From Chrysomallon squamiferum (taxonomy: Eukaryota; Animalia; Mollusca), in assembly GCA_012295275.1 (NCBI GenBank), contig CM022679.1, positions 16,740,001 through 16,804,000 of the forward strand: DNA of 64,000 nucleotides, given 5' to 3'. The position numbers and the translations under genes are program-made. The notes beneath the pieces are model-generated. The model was not told the origin of the DNA and did no database searches. It saw nothing but the letters and a program-made list of their open reading frames with translations. Shown here piece by piece: positions 20,476-36,668 of the stretch (the stretch's first letter is position 1; the number at the start of each line of letters is the position of its first letter).

Positions 20476-23309
20476 TTTTTTGTTCTGTTTGTTTATTTAT
20501 TTGTTCGTTTGTTTGATTTGTTTTTTATTTTATATTTATTTATTTAGTAATTTATTAATTTTATTTATATGTATTTGTTGTATTTCACATTTATTTATTT
20601 ATTTTTGTTGATATTGCTGTTTAATAGTAACAGCTCTCTCTTTCATATCTGTGTGAAGTTTTATTAAACATGATCACGATCGATTTTTCACACCTGTGCA
20701 GCATGTTATGCACTAAGGCTCTCGTAATCACATTTCGATCAGTGAATTAACAGTCATACAAGTTGCCACATTTTTGTTTTCACATTCTCTGTTTCTATGT
20801 AATCAACTATTTCCTGCGACTTCAAGAGAAAATGTGGACCAGTCAGAACCACTTCTCATCACATGATTACAAGAATCCTAATACTAACCCTGACATTCAG
20901 AATAGTACTGTTCACGCAGTTCGTAGACAAAAGCCCCCCCAAAAAAAACCAACTTTAAGATTGAAAGTTTCTTTGGTCTGCTTGGTATTCTCTGCACAAG
21001 TATAAAATAAAAAAATAAAATGTCCTCGAAAAAACCTTTTTAGTCTTTTTCAGAGTTAGCTTATTAAAATATAAAACTAATCTGTTTCTCGACTCCATAT
21101 GATATATAGGTTTTGAATCCGAACGTCCAATTAAATAATTCAGTTTTGTATGAAACTAAAGAGAAACATTAGAAGTAAAGAAAAATATTCCTGTGTCAAC
21201 ACCTCACGATAATTTTTATGTTTAAGATGCAGATGATATCTGCTTCTCTACTTTCAGACATCGAAAACAAATTTAAGTGACATTTTTATATCATTTCATT
21301 ATCCACACCTCCACAGGAGAATTCGCAAACTTATGCGTTTTAGAGGATGGAAAAGAAAAACATTTTCTGCGTGTTCAAAGCATAGCAAAGAAAATGCAAT
21401 GCTGCGGCATCCAGTGACAAAAAGATGACATATTAGATGGCTTTTAATATCTGAAATGTCATCTAATGAAATTAATCATGTTTTCTTTATGGACATATCG
21501 ATCTGTGAAAAAAATAAAACTAAAATAGTAAAATAAAGTATTGCATGGTTAATAAGTACGCTGCGAATTTTGCAGTGATTTCTGACAGTTTATCAGGTTA
21601 ATAGACTGCTCGGGCGCAGGTTTCTGTCAGACAGAAACCTCTGTCACAACACACAGGAGAATTGTTAATCGGCAAACAAAACAGAAGGTTCGGAATGATC
21701 GATTGTGATGTATTGATCGCATACGACGGACTGGGATACTGCAAATCATCATCATATAACACAGATAGGTAGTAGATACAGATCTAGATATATCTTATAT
21801 ATTACTTCTTTTTGTTATTAGAGAAAATATAATTTTCTTTATGTTACGTAAGCCTCTGTGAAGAAGACAGCATTAATCGCTCCTAAGTAGATTTGTTTTA
21901 TTATGTTTTATAATAAAAACACAATTGTTAAGTCTTTATGGATAAGTGCAGATTGTCATTATTTTTATTACAGAATATAATAACGTTTCGTACAAAGCAA
22001 TTTATATGAAAAGTTTTTAATCAATTTATTTTTCCCATATGAAAATCTTTAATATGTGACAGAGATGAAAATCTTTATATCCTACTAATGTTTGTTTTGA
22101 AATCCTTTTGATCCTATTGTTCATTACCTTTTCACTAAGTATCATAGTGAAACGTTCAGACAAATTAATGAATACAAAGAAAAAAAGAGATAATAATGAA
22201 CTTCGGAGAGAAAAAACAAATCACTGCATTCATTTTTGTTTCATAAACTTCAGCAAAACGGCATTAAGCGATTAATTCAAAGTAGATCCAAGATAAAAAA
22301 AAAAAAAGAAAAAAAAAAAAAGAAAATTAATATGAGTCACAAGAAAAAACTCAAGCACAATTGTATCTTTCTTTACTGCAAAGATTTAAAAACAAACACC
22401 ACAGATTCAACAACTGAGATGTAGCTTGCGATAATTGCTTTGAGAATAATTCCTCTGTGGTGCGTCCATTCAGCTGTTTCCCCTGGTGTGTCAATTATTA
22501 ATACGCGGTTATTTATGTGAACGTATATATAAAAGATTATTCGGTATTAATGGAAAATGCGGCTTACCTCAGAAGACCTGTGTCAATTTTGCATCGATAC
22601 ATACAAAAACAACATAATTACAAAAACATAAAGAAACACAAACACACCCATACACCAGAGAGAGAGAGAGAGAGAGAGATTAACAGATACATACAGATCA
22701 CATATACGTACACACATATATATACAAACACACAGACATACACAAACAGACACAGAGACTAAGATAAAGAGACACTCACATACATTCCTGCAAACACAGG
22801 ATTAGTCGACCTTACCATCTCCATCATTTCAGGGACATGTTATTAGTTAAATCAATAATAGAAAATACGTTCCCAGTCGGACTGCTCCGGGCAACAAAGT
22901 ACAGTGTGTTAATGTTACGCTGCTAACAACTCGAATAAACAGTGTCTCCTGTATCGCTTACATTTCTGTCACATTTTTTTTTTTTTTATTTAATTGGAAC
23001 TCCAAAACAAGAACTTTCCTTTATATAGTTCTGAAAAAAAGTTATATATTTCTCTGTCAGTTCCTGCTGTGTTTGAAAATTATTGTAAGCATCAGAACGT
23101 CTCACGCTCTTGTTTATTGTTTGGTTTATTTGCCGCAGGCTACAGCAAGCGATTTGAATTGGTGAAAATGTTATAGTAAAGGTTACTGTCTGCCTGACAT
23201 CTCAATAACATGAAATATGCTTCATACAAAGTACAAAATACCTAATATCTTTTTCCAAATTACTAACCAAGGTGTTTGCATATGTTTGTACTTGACGTAT
23301 GTATGTTTG

Positions 23310-23710
23310 AATGTACGTATGTACGTATGAAGTGTATGTTTGGATGTAAATATGTACGTATGAAGTGTATGTTTGGATGTGACGGTATGTACGTATGAAG
23401 TGTATGTTTGGATGTAAGTATGTACGTATGAAGTGTATGTTTGGATGTAAGTATGTACGTATGAAGTGTATGTTTGGATGTAAGTATGTACGTATGAAGT
23501 GTATGTTTGGATGTAAGTATGTACGTATGAAGTGTATGTTTGGATGTAAGTATGTACGTATGAATGTGTATGTTTGGATGTAAGTATGTACGTATGAAGT
23601 GTATGTTTGGATGTACGTATGAAGTGTATGTTTGGATGTACGTATGAATGTGTATGTTTGGATGTAAGTATGTACGTATGAAGTGTATGTTTGAATGTGA
23701 CGGTATGTAT
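23310..23710. repeat. 33-bp minisatellite (gtatgtacgtatgaagtgtatgtttggatgtaa), about 11-12 copies with short variants
   Basis: Directly visible tandem array, followed by (TG)n at 23734-23806. Confidence 0.95.
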
Positions 23711-23727
23711 ATGTATATACGTTTATG

Positions 23728-23780
<53 letters not shown>

Positions 23781-25004
23781 GTGTGTGTGTATGTGTGTGT
23801 GTGTGTTCTTGACTTCCCCAGTGTCTGTAGAAAATATTAAAATGATAAAACTAAACAGGATCTGTAATCATTACCAACAGTGACAAGATGTTTATATGAG
23901 CCGTATAATATTTAATATAATTTTTAAAATAATTAATAACATTCGCGAATAATATGCATACCTCCAGACATGTAAAACAAGCTTATATTAACTATCAGAA
24001 CACTGTTTAACGACATCAAGTTAATTTTAAGGTGTTGTTTTGTTGTTGTTTTCAAATGAAATATAAAAATAAAAACTGGTATGCCGATTTAGATTACCTG
24101 TATAAATACTTATATCCTGGATTAATACAGGATATGTCTAAAGGACAAATGTGTTTCCCATTAAAATTAATTCAGTATCGTTGCTTTTACGGCTTTATTT
24201 CATTAACACCATAGACAAATGCTCAGTATCATTATCGTTTCATGTCAGATTTTATTTATTTTTTCAAACATTCCACACACAACATAGAAAGGAAATAACA
24301 AACTCGTAGGTGTCAGCACCAGTTGGGGAGAAAAAATTGAAAATAATTTTAAAAAAAGAAAAAGAATAAAAGCAAAGAAATATCCTGCTAATCTAAATGA
24401 TATTGAAAAGATTTAAGATTTAAATGGACGGACACGTCTATCAGTACAGTTTTATAACGTTTCAAAGCCTTCATTTATTTTCCGTGATGGTGGTCTCTCA
24501 TAGATGATTAGCAAATAATGACACAGGCATTTGCAAGATTAGAAGATTTGTTTCAAGTCTTTGCATCACCTGCCTCGCAGTATATTCCTTAATTACAGCC
24601 ATTAATATCTCTTCTGTCCATGTGAATCAGCCTTTCAGGGAAACATTAAGCTAGCTGCCACGGTATAAAGTTATAACAGTCGTATACAATCTGTTCAATT
24701 CAACACACATTTACGCTAGTTTCTTTTGTGTGATTTTTTTCGATTTGCTCTCGACGGTTTATAGTCTTTGTTCTTTCTTTATTTTTCTCTGTTTTATATT
24801 ATATTTACTGTCTTTGTCGGTCTTTCAACATCAGTTCAACAGAAATTTAATGTGCTATTTTTGTCGCATTTTGTTCCATTACCTCTAACTGCCAAACGAT
24901 GGAACGTCTAATTTGTATTTAAAAAAGACCCAAAAAACAAATTGAGATAACATTTTTTGTAATCTAACTTAATTAGAATTTTCTTTAAAAAATAATTAAA
25001 TACA

Positions 25005-25035
<31 letters not shown>

Positions 25036-25397
25036 AAATATATTAAAATGAATTGAAATAAAATAAAATGAAATGAAATGATATAAAATAAAATAAAATA
25101 AAATAAAATAAAATAAAATAAAATAAAATCTAACAAAGAAGGAAAGAAAAGAAAATAGGATTTAAACTGGAATAAAAGTTTGCAACAAAAGTTCCTATGA
25201 CGTACATACATACAAGTACGTACAAACACAAATTCACAGACATACTCAGAGACACACAAAAAATACATACATACACATGCATATATCATATACACACACA
25301 TACAGGCATATATATAGAAATACACATAAAGACAGATATACATACATTTATCCATACATACATACAGGGATGCATACCCATATATATATAAACAAAA

Positions 25398-25524
25398 ACA
25401 TACATACATACATACATACATACATACATACATACATACATACATACATACATACATACATACATACATACATACATACATACATACATACATACATACA
25501 TACATACATACATACATACATACA

Positions 25525-25558
<34 letters not shown>

Positions 25559-25560
25559 CA
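25398..25560. repeat. (TACA)n tetranucleotide microsatellite
   Basis: Direct observation. Confidence 0.97.
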
Positions 25561-25943
25561 TATATGTTATTATGGGCATATAAACATTGTATTGGGACTC
25601 TCCGCTATGAAATAAACTTAAACAGACACAAGTTCATGCACTGCTATAAAGATATTTAGGAAATTGCTGTTACTGATGCGTAGCCTATCACGCAAAACGA
25701 CGTTTTTGACTATTGGCGAATTTTTCACACAACACCAACAACAATATTTTGGCAGCAAAAAATTGTTGAAAAGTGAATCTGAAATAATGTGCTTGTATTA
25801 GAAGCACAACACTAAATCAATGTCCTAGATGTCAGTAAAGTTCCAATCAGTCACACATAGTTCAGAATATAAAGCGCAGAAATTAGAGCCGGAATATTTT
25901 ATTTATTTATTTATTTTTGATTCATTTTATGTTTGTTTGTTTC

Positions 25944-25975
<32 letters not shown>

Positions 25976-26483
25976 ATTGTTCTTTTTTTTAAGCTGGTCT
26001 CCTTTCTTTTCGACCTCATGGAAGTGGAATCGTCAAATGACGAAAAATCGTTTTTGTAACTATACCAGATCTAATGGTTTGAAATTCAGAACCGTGTGTT
26101 CACATGCAGAGAGAGACTTGATGAAATGACTGACCAGTGACTGCATCTTCCCATACTTGTCTCTTTCAAACAATCTGGAAGGCGTCCGTGCAACAGTTAA
26201 CAGTTACTTCCAACACACACAGTTTTACAGAGTTAATGCACGGAGACTGCAAAGCCGGTTATTGCAGGTTATTTTACGTCTGCTAAAAACGCCAAGAAGG
26301 GAGTGCTGCCCGTGCTGTTATTCGGTGCAGAAAGGTTGTCATTATTTGCAGGATCAGCGTTTTTCGGTACTTTTTCGAGGATATTTCCCTAAACAACCTT
26401 TGAATATATTTTACCGTCTACGGGAAGGTACTTATAAAGTCCCTTGTTACTAATCGATATCTGCAGACCATTCATCGGACACA

Positions 26484-26597
<114 letters not shown>

Positions 26598-29500
26598 CGC
26601 TATTGTTATTATACAAATAAACTTTTCACTAATATTCTCACTCATATTAAAATATGATACTGTGTATTTATTAATGAACATTTTCTCTTTCATTAAACGA
26701 CATGTGTGTCTGTCTAGATGTAATGATTTATATTTTATTGCACATTATTTTGATTAACATTTCTTCATTTAAAGAATCTCTGCAAATTAAACAAATTTCT
26801 TGAGATCACAATCAACAGTGGAAGATTTATAATATTTGTAACGTGTGTTAATACTGTCAGCACCGTCCTAAACGATGTCTGGTAAAAGTTACATATTTCA
26901 AAATTGATAAAACAGGCTCATTTCTTAAATCTACATTTATACGTTAACAGACGGCGAAACAATGAGCCGATCAGACATTGAGACTTAATAAATGAGAAAA
27001 TCCCAATTTTCCTATTTAACGTAATGTTTTCTTGATTATGCTATTGACATGTTTTATTTCTAACATCTGGCGAGTGATTAACTTCAGTACTCTGATTTAA
27101 CTTAAAGTTTCAATATATCTCAGAGAAAATGTGCATAGCTGCATTATATTACTAGTCAGTTATCTCAGCCAAAACAAATAGCCACAGATATCGTTCGTTC
27201 TGTACAAATTTAACAAAACTTTCTAAACTTTCAAAATCTTAGAGGTAGAGGAGAGATGAGCTAATTTAAATTAATTAGGATAAGTTTGGAATTTGTTGAA
27301 AATTAATATTACCAGAAAATGTCTAAGCCTATATTTTCAGAATAAAGGAAACTAAAGATATTCTTTGACTAAGAAGAGTTTTGGTTGTATTCAAATGGAA
27401 ACAAAATCAGCAGTTTAAAACAATACAAAATATTTAGTCATTGAGTTATACTTATTGTTATTAAAGACAATACAAACAAAGAGAGAAACAGTCGACGGAA
27501 TATTCGATGGAATCTGTGATCTGTCTTAGCTCTGCTCTCTAACCAGAGCAAGCGCCTTCCATTTGTAAATAGACCTTAACATTTCACAGTACGAAAACCC
27601 CCACAAAATACGAGTATTAACATCACTTTCTCTGAAAAAAAAAATAAAGTTTTATTATAATTCTACGATTATTGCTGTCACTGTCAATAATCACTTGGAT
27701 TTCTGAAAGTGTCGTAATGGCCTCACGTAGAGTTGTAACAGCGTCTGCATGAGAACGAACTGCGGCCCTGTTTGCAGAGAGAGAGAAAACTTCAAGCAAT
27801 TTGGGTAGCAGTGTTGTAAATCAGTAGTTGCTGGTGGCAGCTGTTTTCTGAAAATTGTCTTTTTCCGCTCAGTAATAACTGTATGCTATTACACGGTGGT
27901 GCAGCAGAAGCAGGCGGTAAATTATTTGATACATTCTTTTCATATTCAAGCAAATTCTCGAGACAATACATCCTTTCATAACCGTCCTCACGAATCAGAT
28001 TTCTAATGCAATTATAATAATAGCAGCACAAATCATAATAATGTTAATAATAATGATGATGATAGTAATAATAAGAAATAACAATAATAAAAATAATAGT
28101 TGTTTACAATCTTAAAATGTATGTGCGTGTGTATTTACGTTCTGTTGAAATCATGAACCATATCAAAGAAGTAAAAAGAGGAAATTACAAACGTGGACAG
28201 GAGCTAGAAGCCCAGTAACAGTAAAACGACTGCCGGAGATCATAACGTAGCAGGTCACTTGTACAGCTTATTTCCTGCTTACAATGGGCTTCTACCCTAC
28301 CCTACCTAACACTGGCCTATTTATTACTTCTTTATATTTTGTAATGAAGTCTGTTAAAATAATTTTAATAAATAATTTCAAGGAATGGAAACACAACTTG
28401 TAGCGACATTCATTGCGTCAGAGGTAGAGCTGTGAATTCCTTTGCTTCCGTTTTGTCCGGAAGTATAAGTATATGACGTCAACAATAAAAACGTCGTCAC
28501 TCGCTGTTGTCCGGGCAAGGGGAAGTCTTGCTTTTTACACAACTCGTAAAATAATCTGAAACTTCAACTTTCTCTTATCGTTCTACGGAACTGTCAGTAA
28601 TTGGAATTTATTTTATTTCTCACATCATTTGTCAAAAGTCAAAGAATATAATGTACGAAATAAATAATTATATAGTGTTTGATCAGAAATTAATTTTCGA
28701 AATTGAAATTTTATTAAAATGAACCTGCATTTTATCACACATTTATCCTCATTACTTTGGCGAACTGTATAAATTAACGTCCACTTTAATTATATTTTTT
28801 TTATTAACAATTCGGCTGTGCCTTCTAAAAGTTAATCATTATTTGTAATAGTATGCGACACAAAACAAATGGCTTTATGTAGTTAATAAATACAGTACAC
28901 AAACAGAGCATGTATTGTTCAGAAAGATGAATGTGTAGGTGGACGGATAGATGGGTTGATGTATGATTAAATAGTGATTTAGATAAAAAATAATTAATAT
29001 GTAACATGAATACGTATACATACATATTCATTCAGAAACAAACATGCAGAAGGAAAATCAATAAGCAATATCAAGAAATGAGTAGAAACAAGAAGAAAAA
29101 AGCAAGGAGCAAACATTAAATAATGAAAAGAAACAGGAAGAAATAAGAAGAATCCTAATTTCGATCTCGTATTAGCCACATGGCGAAAAAGGAAAATTCA
29201 AATATTTACTGCTTGCAAGACGCGATCGTTTCAAGAGCAAAGATTCAGTGATTTCCGAAAAATGAAACATAAGTTAATCAGAGTTTTATAACAAGCACGA
29301 AAGAACGTACCTGCTAACTGTTTAATGACAATAGGCTTGGTCCTCTATCCACTCATTACAGTTGTAAAATCATAACATCTCTACATTTCAGTTATCTCTG
29401 CTAGGGCTAATTCAGTTTTGATACTTAGAATCTTTGTTATCTGTATATCAGGCTATATTTGTAGGAAAGATATAACTAGACACCTTCTCATTCGTTCTGC

Positions 29501-32500
29501 GAATGATACAGTCCGAAGAGTGACCACCAATTAGACTATAGTTTAATCTTTGGTGGCAAAGTGATTAATTGGTTCAACAATCATTAGTTTTAAACAGCCT
29601 CTGAAATATAAGCAACCCTGTCTTAAACACATTTAAGTTAATAGCATATAAAACTGCAATGCCTAAATGTACATTCAATCAGTCTAGCAGTAATTTCGTG
29701 CGTGAGTTATAAACTCTCCTGTCTTCGAACCACAGCAATTAGCTGATGTGTCAGAAAGACTGATAAGTATTTTCAATAAACAAATCTTATATTCTCAGAA
29801 ATACAAGTACGCCTTTCTTGGATACGAACCAAGAGCATGGATTTAATGATAGGTTGATAACAACGTTCAGCAAATCAATCAGCCAAGTTGGCATTTGCAA
29901 CGTGTGTATATTGTCCGAGATAAAAGTACGCTTATCTTAGACACAGAGGAACCTACTTGGCAGCAAAGTTGGCAAGTACGTTCAATCAGTCTGTCGTTGG
30001 AAACCCTTTTTACTAAATATTAAAGCACTTCTGTCATGGGTACAACTAAACCTGACTTGTTTCAGGGTTAGTATGTTAGACGATCATTTTTTATTTTGTT
30101 AGTTTTAGTATCAAATAACCCTTCATTCACGTGACTCGTTTTCATTGTAAGCTGTTTAATTTTGAAGAAAAGAAGTGAAATGTTTACAAATAACATGCTG
30201 TAAACTCTTGTTATGAATGATGATGTTTTCAGTTTGATAATATCTAATAAACATGACAGGAGGATTCCATTATTTCTGAAATAACAAGAAAAAAACTTAC
30301 CAAAATTCAATACTATTATGAGTAGAACAAATATTTCAAATATTTGGAGTCGCCATCATTATGATGAATAACTTTCAGTCGAAAATAAGACTAAAAGATA
30401 TATATATATTAAAGGTCAGCTTCAAATATGAATACCATGGAACAACTCATGATAATGTATGTGAATTGACGAATTTCTTGTAAAGAAGTTTGTTGTTGTT
30501 GTTTTTCATTAAATGTGACCTTAAAGAAAAATTCGGATAATACTGAAACATATTTCATGTTACAGCTGACGCCATCTTTCTTTGTTAGACACATTTTTCT
30601 TTACTTTCTTGTTTTCTTCTTGTTGTTTTTTCTCATGACAGAAATGTTTTTTTCATTACTTTCAAATGCAGCGATTTTGTTTATTTTTTATTATTATTTT
30701 ATTATTATTATTATTATTTATTATTATTATTTTAATTAAAATTAATAATTTTTTGAGGTTAAATGACATAAGGTTAAATTCCTTGGAAGTGAAATGAAAA
30801 CAACAAGATTAACAATGAAATAATACATAATAAAATAAATAAACACTGTTGTAGCTTTTAATTTTCAGATCGATCCTAATAGTGTTATAAAACCGTAAAC
30901 TAACTGAGACATATTTTAAATAAAACAAGCTAAACTTTACTCTTATGAATAAAATATCGGTTTCCTGAGGGAAATAAGATGTAAACTTCACAATCAGTAA
31001 CAAATATTAACTCTGCATGCATCATAAAACGAAAATTGTATTGTTTAATGACATCACAACACAATGTTATTAAGAATATACTATACAGAGTAATTACCAA
31101 ATAGTTTACACTTTCCTGTCTCCATTACGATTTTATGTTTACAGTATTTATTGTCACAGAAGATATTTTCCCTTTGTCGATAAAAGTAATGAAGTTTTGT
31201 TAGCGCAAACTTTGAGAATGATAAAAAGCGTTTGATAAGAGTTTTATATACTTCTATTAATGACTAAAACGTTAAAAACGTTGTTTGTGTTTTTTGTTGT
31301 TTATTTCTTTTACTTTTAATGTTCAAGACAAAAAAATCGCTGTGCTTTTCTGTGACTGACATAATTTTGATGAACTTAAGAGTGAGATGGAGGAGCTACA
31401 CGTTGTGCATTCCTCTGTTTTTATTTAGATCACCACATTTGTATGTGTACTGTCTGAGAGTTATTTACCACAGCTGATGACACTCATCTTCTCTCCGTGA
31501 ATTCGCCCCAGGCCAGTCATCTCGACTAGCAATCCGTAACTTTTGAAACTTCGTTTTCTCTATTTGTAGTCCGCGTTACAGTTATGTTTTTTTTTTTCTC
31601 TCTCTCTCTCATATTCTTTTGTCAATGTGAGTATGTATGTGTGTATGGTTTTTCTCCTTCTTTCTTTTGTTTTTTTAGGTCAACAAGTACAATAATTATT
31701 ATTCTCAGACCTAACGTTTATTGAATACGGAATCTGATTAAGAACATTTTCTTACTAATTTTCCGAAAACAACAAACAATTTAGAAATTTCCTTAATAGT
31801 TTTCGCTCTATTACAAACCATTTTGTTTATCAAAAAATCCCAAACCCCCAAAAAAAACACACACACAAAAAACAACATTAAATAAATAAATAAATAAATA
31901 AATAATAACCATTCAGCTGAATTTGCATCCATATGTTTATAAACATCGAAGACTACATAGCCAAAACGTTTGAACGGAAGTAGCAGATTTTATAAGCCGT
32001 ATTTCAGAATTTGATGACGTCGTGATCAATGATGCGTCAGTCACGGTGTATTAAATGACAGTGATCCAATTAGTGGTGTGTGGTATTGTTAGTCCTGTAT
32101 CTCTTTATTATAGTATGTGTACTATGGTTCAAGACAAAAAACTAAAAACACTTGTTATGGTAGTGGATTCAAATCTATAAACTGTTTTGACCCATTCTAC
32201 AGAATTTATATTTGCAGTAGTATTTTGTTTTTAATGAAAAACAAAAACGTTGTGTAAATTAATATTTAATTCCACGGCTGTGTGGTAGGAGTTTAGTTAT
32301 GTACAAGATCTCTTAATTATAAAGACTCAAACTTTACTACTAATACTGACTATGCATAACTTGTCACTGACATCACAACAGCACCAACAAATAAGAAACA
32401 ATGAAAAATAATTTTAAAATTTGTACTATTACATCGTTTGTTTTATTGTTTTTTGTTTGTTTGTTTGTTTTGTTTTATTTTGTTTTATTTTAGTTTATTT

Positions 32501-33812
32501 TTTTTAAATTTAATTAAATTTCATATCTAAAAAATTTCCCAACAAAGATTTGAATATAACATATGTAAAACTCTCATATACATTTCCATTAGTTTCGTAC
32601 ACGCAAACACACTTTTTTAGTTTTATAATATTAATATTTTCTACAGATACGGGGGAAGTGGAGAACACACACACACACACACACAGATATACACACACAT
32701 ACACATACACAATAATAATTATTATTATATAAGCAAACTAAATTAAAATAATAACCTATAAAAAATTAAAATTGAAATTAAAATTGTGATGTAATATTTC
32801 TTACCTCTCAAAACTGATCCAGTTGTAACAGTTCGATTTCGTTAATAAATTCGCAAAAGATCAGAAGAGACTCAAAGCGAGGAAGAGAGAGAAAACTATA
32901 TCTCCTGTCTTCGATGGAAAAAGCCTTCAAGCAAATCAAACCCAGAGATCAATTCTTTTGCTCTCGTCAAAGCTTTGTTTCTGGTTGGCTCGCCAGATAA
33001 GGGGAGGGAACGCCGCCAACAACCAATTCAGCGTTTTTCAAACCTGTGATCACTATAAAATGCTTGCAGCGACAAAGAACGAAAATCAGTTAAGTGTCAG
33101 CTGCTTCTTAGATCAAAGTCAGAGATCGCGTCGTGGTGCAAATTAGAAATTATTTCTTATAAATATCTTGTCTCTTCGGTTTCTGTTGCATTTCTTAAGA
33201 CAGTTTGCTATCAAAACAAAACTCTCAGCTATTCTTACCGTCACTGACAGCAACTGGGGAGAACGTCGATTTTTTTTTTTTTTTAACTATTTACATTATT
33301 CTCTAACTGTAAATATATCAGTAATGAATATTTATTAATAATAAAAAGAAAGCAACGAAAGAGAAATAGGGAATGAGAAACAAAATAATAATAATCATAT
33401 AATTTATAATGATGATGATTATGGTGTTGATAATAACAATAAAAAAAGAAAAAATCCACCTACCCAGTATGCCCTATAATAACCTTGTTATGTCTAATAA
33501 ACTTATTTTAAGACCAAACCTGCTGCAGAGGTATGACGACAATATCCCGAATCTCCTGACTGAAGAGAGTCTACTTCACATTCACACTGCAGCAAAAAAT
33601 AACCACTGTTAACAAACGACCTGATTTTATAAATCACTTGAAATCCTTTAACATCGATATTGTCAGAAGCTGAAAAATGGACATTACTGCATCTGTATTC
33701 TAACCACTTGGTAAAGCAGTATTAGATCAGATTAAATTTTTCACGTTAAAGCATGTTATTCAAAGACAGCTAGGTATTTACGTTATATTTTACATGTAAA
33801 ACATTTAAAGCC

Positions 33813-33862
<50 letters not shown>

Positions 33863-34225
33863 ATTTATTTATTAGGAACATTGATGCAGTGAATTACGAT
33901 TTAATTTATTTCGACCTTAATCAGTACAAAATAACGAAGTATATAAAGTTTTATTTACGTTCATATTTATCAATGAAGATATTACAAGAAGAAATTTGTC
34001 TATGCAGGCAAATATTATTTCACTTATAGTCATTTAAGTTAATTTATTTCAAATAAGAGTTTATTAAAAAAATGGAAATTCGATCAATGTTACAAAGAAA
34101 GGAAAACGAAATCCTGAAGACATTTCTGATAAATTTGTCAATCATATAATTACTAAAACGGAAATGTTTTTTTCACGTCATTTTCAGAATGGGATATATA
34201 TATGTAGATGTATCTTCTATATATC

Positions 34226-34340
<115 letters not shown>

Positions 34341-34832
34341 AACTTCGAAAAAACACTATATTTTCATTTCGCTTTGAGATCATGTAACCAGTTATATTTA
34401 TGGTTCCATAAAACGTTGGAAAATTATTAGCAGATGTATTTTGCTGTTATTTGTTTATTCAAAATAAAAAGTAAAATAAATAAGTAAATAGATGATTTTT
34501 CTTTCCCTGATTTAAAGGGTGGGCTGACAATGCAAACAAAGTAAATTTAACTATTTCTTTTGAAATAGAAAAACTACATTTAATGAGTATCTAGTCTTGA
34601 ATTTCGTACCTTAAAAAATATAAAATAAATAACATTATTAACTTTGTTATTAAAGTGCTAATAACAGGTCATATTCAAAAAAATCATTTCACTACAAATA
34701 TTATCAATTTCATTTGTCTAAACGGAAATATTTACAAAAAATAGTTTTATGCATGCAAAGTTTCAATGACGTCATTCAAGGTACAGAACTATTGGGTCTT
34801 CCAGTATTTTCTGACCTGTATATATACACATT

Positions 34833-35805
<973 letters not shown>

Positions 35806-36213
35806 AGAGAGAGAGGTGGATAGGTGTTTGCACACATAAGCGCCTTTTTTAAAAAGAAAGGAAAAGAAGGTTTATTGGATACTGCTGCTTTAGAAAACAT
35901 CAATTTCCTGTATTTAATCATTCATTCTGAATGAAAAAGAGAAAACAAAGTCAACGTACTAAATGTCTTATGCTTTATTTATTTAGTAAAAAAAAAAAAA
36001 AAGGAAAAAAAATAAGACAGAAAAAGCAGTTTGGAGAAAAATTAATTCTTCCTACCTGATTTTTATTGTGTTTTTTTGTTTTGTTTTGTTTTCTTATTTA
36101 TTTATTTTAAAAATAATCAAATCTGTTGAAACATAATAGAGTATATAAAAGTATGAGATTAAAATGAGAAAGAAAGCAGTAAAAATGAAGCTAATTTTTA
36201 ATTTAGACTAAGA

Positions 36214-36668
36214 AACAGCGCTGTGACCCGGAGGTCACTATCATTTCTCAGTTAAGTAACAGCGCTGTGACCTGGAGGTCACTATCATTTCTCAGTTAAG
36301 TAACAGCGCTGTGACCTGGAGGTCACTATCATTTCTCAGTTAAGCCTGGAGGTCACTATAACAGCGCTGTGACCTGGAGGTCACTATCATTTCTCAGTTA
36401 AGAAACAGCGCTGTGACCTGGAGGTCACTATCATTTCTCAGTTAAGTAACAGCGCTGTGACCTGGAGGTCACTATCATTTCTCAGTTAAGTAACAGCGCT
36501 GTGACCCGGAGGTCACTATCATTTCTCAGTTAAGTAACAGCGCTGTGACCCGGAGGTCACTATCATTTCTCAGTTAAGTAACAGCGCTGTGACCTGGAGG
36601 TCACTATCATTTCTCAGTTAAGTAACAGCGCTGTGACCTGGAGGTCACTATCATTTCTCAGTTAAGTA
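36214..36668. repeat. 44-bp tandem repeat, 10 full units plus one partial, each with an internal GTGACCT-gg-AGGTCAC hairpin
   Basis: Unit aacagcgctgtgacc(t/c)ggaggtcactatcatttctcagttaagt starts at 36214, 36258, 36302, 36360, 36404 ... 36624. A partial unit is inserted at about 36345-36359. Confidence 0.96.

Noticed and set aside
23395-25615. Repetitive ORFs (MKCMFGCKYVR, MYVC, HTYI)
   Set aside because: Artefacts of the 33-bp minisatellite and the (TACA)n repeat.
36214-36668. CRISPR-like array (regularly spaced palindromic repeats)
   Set aside because: The sequence between hairpins is identical in every unit, so there are no unique spacers. No cas genes, and the context is eukaryotic.
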